Virus record (IMG/VR): IMGVR_UViG_2648501563_000006
Span: 1-37,917 of that record
Direction: 5' to 3' (one strand)
Length of the DNA: 37,917 bases
Origin: a virus
Shown: positions 17,567 through 23,457 of the stretch, piece by piece
Position numbering within the stretch: the first letter of the stretch is position 1
Layout: every line of letters starts with the position of its first letter
Program-made: the position numbers and the translations under genes
The notes under the pieces: generated by a model
Told to the model about the DNA's origin: nothing
The model's input: the letters and a program-made list of their open reading frames with translations, nothing else
Databases searched by the model: none

Positions 17567-17706
17567 GAAGATTCGCCTGTGAAAAAAGGAGACCATGCTA
17601 TCGTGAAATTTACACACACAAAGTCTCTATTTATGACCCATACAAGCAAAATGAGAATCAAAAAGCTTGGTTAAAAGATAAATATACAATAACAAGAAAC
17701 ATGTAA
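17567..17706 (+). pseudogene. decayed duplicate of the terL 3' end
   Basis: 17567-17603 is identical to 16044-16080, and 17607-17624 to 16097-16114. Sixteen nt are replaced by 3 nt, which shifts the frame. The shifted frame reads IYTHKVSIYDPYKQNENQKAWLKDKYTITRNM*, against the TerL end IYTHKVQIYNPFQTKHNSDDYMNSRFNHGTRRF*. Confidence 0.75.
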
Positions 17707-17715
17707 GAGGTCATC

Positions 17716-17796
17716 ATGACATGGTGTGAAGCATTTCTTTATGCAATAATTGCGATGTGTGTAACAAATATCATTAAAAGCGTGTGGTTTAAATGA
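17716..17796 (+). CDS. small hydrophobic peptide (26 aa)
   Basis: gagg upstream. MTWCEAFLYAIIAMCVTNIIKSVWFK. ATGA overlap with the next ORF. Confidence 0.3.
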   Translation: MTWCEAFLYAIIAMCVTNIIKSVWFK

Positions 17797-17999
17797 ATAA
17801 TATCGAACATTATGATCAAGAACTCGTAGGTTATGACAATATTTCAACGAATTTAATCATGAGAAAATTCAAACTCAATGAGACGAAAGCGGAAGAAATA
17901 TACGATCAATTGCAAGAAATACGTTATGGAAGACACGTAAAAGAGCAGGTTAAATTTTTTAATCGTATTGACAAATTAAGAAAAACAAAAATCAATTAA
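17793..17999 (+). CDS. hypothetical protein (68 aa)
   Basis: ORF track; translationally coupled start. Confidence 0.45.
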   Translation: MNNIEHYDQELVGYDNISTNLIMRKFKLNETKAEEIYDQLQEIRYGRHVKEQVKFFNRIDKLRKTKIN

Positions 18000-18087
18000 A
18001 TAGTTTACAAAAGTGTCAAATTTCAAACATAATGATGATTATCAGACGTTGAATAATTAATAGCAACCCACAGAGTAAAGGAATACA

Positions 18088-18363
18088 ATGATTAAATTTG
18101 AGTTTTATGAACCGGCCAACTTACAACAACAAGAAATTGAATCTTTATGGCTACAAGACATTAATATGGATAATTGGGATTACATGTTATTTTTTGAAAA
18201 TGAACACGATTTCAGTATAGATAATGAAATATTTAAACTTGTTGTTCACCCGAAAAATTTCAACGTAGGAAACTTATTATCGGGTTGTTGTGCCAATATT
18301 TGGTATCCGGTAAAAAATTTCCGTGGTCGCAAGGGAATAATCGGTATTGCATATCATTCTTAA
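18088..18363 (+). CDS. hypothetical protein (91 aa)
   Basis: ORF track; aagga upstream. Confidence 0.45.
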   Translation: MIKFEFYEPANLQQQEIESLWLQDINMDNWDYMLFFENEHDFSIDNEIFKLVVHPKNFNVGNLLSGCCANIWYPVKNFRGRKGIIGIAYHS

Positions 18364-18446
18364 TAAAGAACAATTTCCATATTTGCCATAATAAAATATT
18401 TAGTATATCTTTTTTTCAAGGGATATTCGTTATATTTGGAGGCAAC

Positions 18447-20600
18447 TTGTCATTTTATTTTCCGCCCTGGAATAATGCTCTAGAACCAGATCAAGGCAAT
18501 GTCCGACAATGGTTAGATAATCTTTACTCAAAATTTCAACCGATCGAGCAATCACGTTGGAATCAAAGCAACATAGATACTTTATTCTATGCTGGATCTC
18601 AGACCTTTGTAAATAGATACTTTAATTTTAGTCCTTCCACAAGCTATCAACAGTACTATTTTAATTTGATACAGCAGCCTGTTAACATGATTACAGGCTA
18701 TCAAAGACAACATAGAAAATCGATTAATTATGTTCCCTCAGAAGGTGCTGATCCCAATACAACAGATCAATATACAAGAGCAATCACACATATTTCCAAT
18801 ACAAATGGTATTCATGAACAGTTCTCAAAAGCATGTGAATTATCTGCAGTTTCCGGAATGGTTTTATTGCAACCTTATTTAGATTATAGTGGTGATGATG
18901 CTGCTCAAGGAGAACTTAAACTTAAAATATGGGAATATAATGCCTTTTTGGTAGATCCCTATTTTAGAAGTCCGGACATGTCGGATGCTCAATTTGTATG
19001 GTGTCAAGAATATATAAGTAAAAAAGAGGCTGAAAATCGCTTTCCTGATAAAACCGAAATTATTACGCCCATGGCAGGGACGCCACAAAGATATGGATCA
19101 TTTTACTTCCTTCCAGAAAATTACAATATGGCTAGGAATGATCTTATGGTTCTGTCTTATGTATGGTACAAATGGAAACGTCCTAAGAAGCGTCTTTATA
19201 GTCGTACTAGGAACCAATTCTTTGATTTTGCTGGTGGAGACCAGAACTTAGAAGCTATTCTTTACAATATTCCTGATATGGAAGAGGTTACAGTTGAGAC
19301 ACCATGTTGGAAACTAGCTGTCGTTTTAAATGATCAACTCATGTTTCAAGGTGATAATCCTCTAGGATTCGATACATGTCCATTTATTCCTGTTTACTGG
19401 AACTATGAACCACACATAAACTACTATGATTTACGCGTTAGGTCACTTGTAAGGACTATGAGAGATCCACAATTTCTCTATAACTATAAAATCATACAAA
19501 ACAACGATATAGCCTCTGCCACAATCAATGCGGGATGGATGAGAAAGGTCGGTGCAGTAGCTAATGAGGATAATTTAAAGAAAGCAGGTCAAGGATGGGA
19601 TGTAATCATAAATGAAGGTTATGAATTATCCGATTGTCAGAAGATCATTCCTAGTGCAGTTCCTGAATCCGATCTAGCGTTGGCCCAACAGATGGGAGAT
19701 CTTATTTACAGCACAGCAGGAATAAATCTGGAAAATTGGTCAGGTCAAGATGATAAACAGACATCTAGTCTTACAGTACTTCTAAAACAAGCTGCTAACT
19801 TAATGGTTTTTCAGAAGTATTTTGATCAATGGGATTATGCCTTGAAGCAATTGGGAGACAGAATGCTTCAGATTGTTTTAAATAACTGGAATGCCGAAAA
19901 AGTATCTTTGCTGATTGGCGAGGAACCAACACCACATTTCTATTCTAGAATATTTGCTAAATATCAGGTGATAGTCGAAGAAGGATTGCTGACACCAACA
20001 CAAAAGAACTTCCAAGCTCAGCAGATGATGGAAATCAACGAAAGATTCGGCCGTGAAGTCATACCACCAAGCATGATAATCAAGGATATGAATATACAAG
20101 GTAAAGCTGAAATAATGGAATTCTTGCAAAAACAAGAAGAGCAAGCAGCTGCGCAACAACAAGACATGCAAATGGTTCAGCACGCTTTAGAAGATGCTAA
20201 ACTAAAAGAACTCTACAGTAGAGCTACAAGCAATTTGGCCACAGCTAGAGAAAGACACGGTAGAGCAGAAGCAGATATTGGCCTCTTTGAAGAGCGTCTA
20301 AGCGAGATTACACGTAACAGAGCTCTTGCAACTAAAGATAAGATGGCTGCATTATCTCAATTGGTTGAAACGATAGGTAAGTTCGGCGAACTAGAAACTA
20401 AAATGAAAATGAATGACATTGAACAATTTGACGCTCGCCAAGAAGGAAAAGAAGACATAGAGAAAATTGATGCCAAAAGAACAGCTATGTCTAACGATTT
20501 CCTTAGTGAAATCATGGGTAAAACAGGTCAGCAAAATCAACAAAATCCAATGCAACAAAATCAAGAACCCATGAATCAAATGCAAGAGATGTTAAGATAA
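18447..20600 (+). CDS. portal protein (TTG start preferred; the track ORF starts at 18285)
   Basis: ggagg lies 5 nt upstream of in-frame TTG 18447. About 717 aa, placed between terL and the scaffold. Long C-terminal coiled coil and a Gln-rich tail. Confidence 0.7.
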   Translation: MSFYFPPWNNALEPDQGNVRQWLDNLYSKFQPIEQSRWNQSNIDTLFYAGSQTFVNRYFNFSPSTSYQQYYFNLIQQPVNMITGYQRQHRKSINYVPSEGADPNTTDQYTRAITHISNTNGIHEQFSKACELSAVSGMVLLQPYLDYSGDDAAQGELKLKIWEYNAFLVDPYFRSPDMSDAQFVWCQEYISKKEAENRFPDKTEIITPMAGTPQRYGSFYFLPENYNMARNDLMVLSYVWYKWKRPKKRLYSRTRNQFFDFAGGDQNLEAILYNIPDMEEVTVETPCWKLAVVLNDQLMFQGDNPLGFDTCPFIPVYWNYEPHINYYDLRVRSLVRTMRDPQFLYNYKIIQNNDIASATINAGWMRKVGAVANEDNLKKAGQGWDVIINEGYELSDCQKIIPSAVPESDLALAQQMGDLIYSTAGINLENWSGQDDKQTSSLTVLLKQAANLMVFQKYFDQWDYALKQLGDRMLQIVLNNWNAEKVSLLIGEEPTPHFYSRIFAKYQVIVEEGLLTPTQKNFQAQQMMEINERFGREVIPPSMIIKDMNIQGKAEIMEFLQKQEEQAAAQQQDMQMVQHALEDAKLKELYSRATSNLATARERHGRAEADIGLFEERLSEITRNRALATKDKMAALSQLVETIGKFGELETKMKMNDIEQFDARQEGKEDIEKIDAKRTAMSNDFLSEIMGKTGQQNQQNPMQQNQEPMNQMQEMLR

Positions 20601-20662
20601 TATCGATATGGTATTATGAAGAAAAACAAAAAAAGAAAGCCTAAAAGGCTTAAGGAGTATAT

Positions 20663-20884
20663 ATGAGCGGAAGACGTATTGATGATCACTCATCACCATG
20701 GGGCGCAAAAGGGAAAGATAGCGTGTTTCCAGACGGCCCACACAAAGTTAAGAATGAATCTAGTGCTCAGGGAGTCGGTGCAGTGATGCAGTATGAAGAT
20801 ACTACTGAAGCTATCAAATCTCAGCAAGATATGAATAAAAAGAAAGTACATGGCCACCCACAAAAGTCCGGTCATCGTAATTAG
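20663..20884 (+). CDS. small basic virion-module protein (73 aa)
   Basis: aaggag upstream; ORF track. Confidence 0.5.
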   Translation: MSGRRIDDHSSPWGAKGKDSVFPDGPHKVKNESSAQGVGAVMQYEDTTEAIKSQQDMNKKKVHGHPQKSGHRN

Positions 20885-20899
20885 ATTCTTTCTCAACGA

Positions 20900-20923
20900 G
20901 AGGGGAATCTAACCCCTCATTTT
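20900..20923 (+). terminator. rho-independent terminator-like hairpin
   Basis: GAGGGG-aatctaa-CCCCTC followed by atttt. Confidence 0.55.
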
Positions 20924-20939
20924 AATCAAAGGTTAATGT

Positions 20940-21206
20940 ATGAAATCAGGTTTTAAAGATCCTACAGCTCCAAAAGGCAATACAAAAAAGATGAAATCCA
21001 CATGGAACTTTGATCAACCCGAATATGATGAGCGTAGCGGTTGCTTCGTCAATGCTGGTTCACATTATGGTGTGGGGCATCGTCAACCTGTTGGAAAAGA
21101 AGGAAATCCTAAAGAGAAAGTAGAAACTCTCCCAACAGGAAGGGTAAAAACTATGAGAGATGACCAAGTACCACATAAGAACTTAAGAATTGTGATGGAT
21201 GAATGA
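20940..21206 (+). CDS. small basic protein (88 aa)
   Basis: ORF track. The motif AGSHYGVGHRQPVGK is echoed in the next ORF. Confidence 0.5.
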   Translation: MKSGFKDPTAPKGNTKKMKSTWNFDQPEYDERSGCFVNAGSHYGVGHRQPVGKEGNPKEKVETLPTGRVKTMRDDQVPHKNLRIVMDE

Positions 21207-21364
21207 AAGCGCCAAAAGTTGCTCATACTTCCAATTCTAAAAAGGGATTAGGTGATTTCTACGGTACCGGTTTAAAAGCCAAGATGGGAAAGATGGTTGA
21301 AGGCGTAGGTACAATGGAAGTCACACCTAAGAAAATGAAGACGCCTCCTAAATCTTTGGCTTGA
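21203..21364 (+). CDS. small basic protein (53 aa)
   Basis: ATGA-coupled start. MKAPKVAHTSNSKKGLGDFYGTGLKAKMGK..., with a motif similar to the preceding ORF. Confidence 0.4.
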   Translation: MKAPKVAHTSNSKKGLGDFYGTGLKAKMGKMVEGVGTMEVTPKKMKTPPKSLA

Positions 21365-21373
21365 TAAGAAAAG

Positions 21374-21853
21374 TTATTTACTTGTTGATTTTGAGATCTG
21401 CTCATAAATAGAAAATATTTGCGAATCTTCTAAATCATCATCTTCTCGAGCTTCAAGCATCTCCCGATTTTTTATGAAGTTATGTATACTATCACAAACT
21501 GTTTTATTCTCCGTTAACTTTCCCATTGTAAATTGACTCCACAATTCTTTAGATGGGATCATCCATATAATCTTAATAATATCTGTGCCTGGATATACTT
21601 TAAATAACATGGAATTTGTTTGCGCTTGAGGTTTAGTAAGTCTAGGTTGCCATATGAGACGTTTTGTAACACCATCATCATCTGTGCGAGTATGTGCAAA
21701 TATGTAAAATGCATGATTACCAAAAGGTCTTTTCTTGATTAAATCATCACAACATTCAGCTATCGAAAATGATTGATTCGTAAAGTAATTTAAACGGTCA
21801 TGTGCATCAAGGATATTAATTCTCACATGTGCATCAAGCATATTAATTCTCAT
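21374..21853 (-). CDS. hypothetical protein (159 aa; start uncertain because of a 5' tandem duplication)
   Basis: ORF track. Confidence 0.5.
   Translation of the reverse strand: MRINMLDAHVRINILDAHDRLNYFTNQSFSIAECCDDLIKKRPFGNHAFYIFAHTRTDDDGVTKRLIWQPRLTKPQAQTNSMLFKVYPGTDIIKIIWMIPSKELWSQFTMGKLTENKTVCDSIHNFIKNREMLEAREDDDLEDSQIFSIYEQISKSTSK
21799..21852. repeat. 27-nt tandem duplication (2 copies, 1 mismatch) at the 5' end of the - strand ORF
   Basis: catgtgcatcaaggatattaattctca / catgtgcatcaagcatattaattctca. Confidence 0.9.
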
Positions 21854-22082
21854 TGGAGTTTCCTTTTTTTAGTAAACTTATCTCTTCACACATACATCTA
21901 AGTGCTTCGGGCAAATTAAAATCATCTAAAGGGTCTGAATACTCTTCTTTAAATTCTGCATACTCTTCTTTATATTCTGCAAAAAAATCTTCTCGTAATT
22001 TTTTCTGTTGTTTAACATATGTTTCAGACTCTTTTTTAAATATGTTTGTCAGTTCATCTAAGCTATATTTTTTCTTATCCAT
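21843..22082 (-). CDS. hypothetical acidic protein (79 aa)
   Basis: ORF track. Confidence 0.45.
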   Translation of the reverse strand: MDKKKYSLDELTNIFKKESETYVKQQKKLREDFFAEYKEEYAEFKEEYSDPLDDFNLPEALRCMCEEISLLKKGNSNEN

Positions 22083-22161
22083 ATCTTGCCTTATAATAAT
22101 TATTTTAGTTAAATGAAACTGAATCCTAACCGCAGTCCAGCGTAAAGGACAAAGGATATAT

Positions 22162-22815
22162 ATGACACCCGAAGTAAATTCAAGTCAAGATGTAAAAGCA
22201 AGTGATAAAGAACTTAACTTTAGAGCACTCCAAAACAAGTATGAAAAAGCATTAGAACAAGAAAGAAATGCACGTATAGAAGCCGAAAGAGTAGCTCAGG
22301 AAGCATTGAATCGAAAAAATGCAGAACATGAAGATGATGATGATTCTGAACCTTATGTAGACAAAAAAAAATTAAATAAGACTCTTGCAAAATTTGGAGA
22401 ACAAACTAAACAATTAACTCAAACAGAAATACAAAGAGCTGTGCAAATGGCTCGTGAGCAAGAAAAACAAGAATCATGGATTGAAAATAACCCTGATTTT
22501 TACGACACCCTACAAGAACATGCTGATAAACTCGTAAAAAAAACCCCCCAATTAGCTAAAACAATTTTACAAATGCCTGATAACTTTGAGAGACAAAAGT
22601 TAGTGTATCTTAACATTAAAGAGTTAGGTCTCGATAAGCCTGAGACTAAACAACAATCGATTCAAGAAAAAGTAGATGCTAATCGTAGATCTCCTTATTA
22701 TCAACCTTCAGGTGTAGCTACAGCACCATATGCTCAAGTAGGTGACTTTAGTCAATCAGGTCAAAAAAACGCTTACCAAAAAATGCAAGAACTCAAAAAA
22801 CAACTCAGAATATAA
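22162..22815 (+). CDS. scaffolding protein candidate
   Basis: Highly charged, helical/coiled-coil-like 217-aa ORF directly upstream of the capsid gene. Confidence 0.55.
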   Translation: MTPEVNSSQDVKASDKELNFRALQNKYEKALEQERNARIEAERVAQEALNRKNAEHEDDDDSEPYVDKKKLNKTLAKFGEQTKQLTQTEIQRAVQMAREQEKQESWIENNPDFYDTLQEHADKLVKKTPQLAKTILQMPDNFERQKLVYLNIKELGLDKPETKQQSIQEKVDANRRSPYYQPSGVATAPYAQVGDFSQSGQKNAYQKMQELKKQLRI

Positions 22816-22835
22816 TCACAGCCCTCCAAGGTTGG

Positions 22836-22856
22836 GGGCTTCTCCCGAAGCCCTTT
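22836..22856 (+). terminator. terminator-like hairpin after the scaffold gene
   Basis: GGGCTTC-tccc-GAAGCCC followed by ttt. Confidence 0.5.
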
Positions 22857-22857
22857 C

Positions 22858-22876
22858 ATGTAAAACGGCTTTACAT
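22858..22876 (+). promoter_or_regulatory. conserved hairpin ATGTAAA-acggc-TTTACAT, copy 1
   Basis: 19-nt exact repeat of 28857-28875. Confidence 0.5.
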
Positions 22877-22885
22877 TAGGAAGAT

Positions 22886-23029
22886 ATGTCAAAAAAAACA
22901 GAATTTAATTTTAGTAAAAAATTTAAATTAGAATATGTTCCGTTCGACGCAGAAATAAATACAGCTCATCGCATGAAACTTTGGTTTGAATATTGGATTT
23001 TGTCTCTTCTTGAAAACTATAAAAAGTGA
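22886..23029 (+). CDS. small ORF (47 aa), uncertain
   Basis: agga upstream. MSKKTEFNFSKKFKLEYVPFDAEINTAHRMKLWFEYWILSLLENYKK. Confidence 0.25.
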   Translation: MSKKTEFNFSKKFKLEYVPFDAEINTAHRMKLWFEYWILSLLENYKK

Positions 23030-23226
23030 GCAAGTTTATAAAAGAATATGAAGATGTTGACAATATATTATGGAATAATATTAAATTAAATTACGCTAGT
23101 CCGGCGTCAAGGATATTCGCGTTAGTGTGCTATCGCAAGCACTTTCTTACGATGTGATCGAAAACGAACGTATGTTAAGCTCGTTCACTGATCATCATAT
23201 CATATTAACCTCAATATGAGGTTTAC

Positions 23227-23457
23227 ATGTCTATTACTACTACAGGGAATTTAGGCCCTCTTATACTCCAGTCGCTCGCGCCTGCCATGTTATACGTGCC
23301 TACCCCTACTATGAACTATATTACCGTCTGCGATAAGGTCTCCATGCCTGCTAACGGCGGTACTACATGCAGATTTATGAGGCCAAGAGCCTTACAGCCC
23401 CCTACGATTCAATTGGGCAATGCCGGTATTGATCCCCCAGCCCAAGTTCCTCAGCGT
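23227..23457 (+). CDS. capsid exon 1 (77 codons)
   Basis: ATG follows gaggtttac. The exon ends CAGCGU, which pairs with the intron guide GCGCUG. Confidence 0.8.

Noticed and set aside
18285-18446. Upstream extension of the portal ORF (track start 18285).
   Set aside because: It overlaps the end of ORF 18088..18363 and translates to a hydrophobic, low-complexity leader. An in-frame TTG at 18447 with a ggagg SD gives a sensible portal N-terminus.
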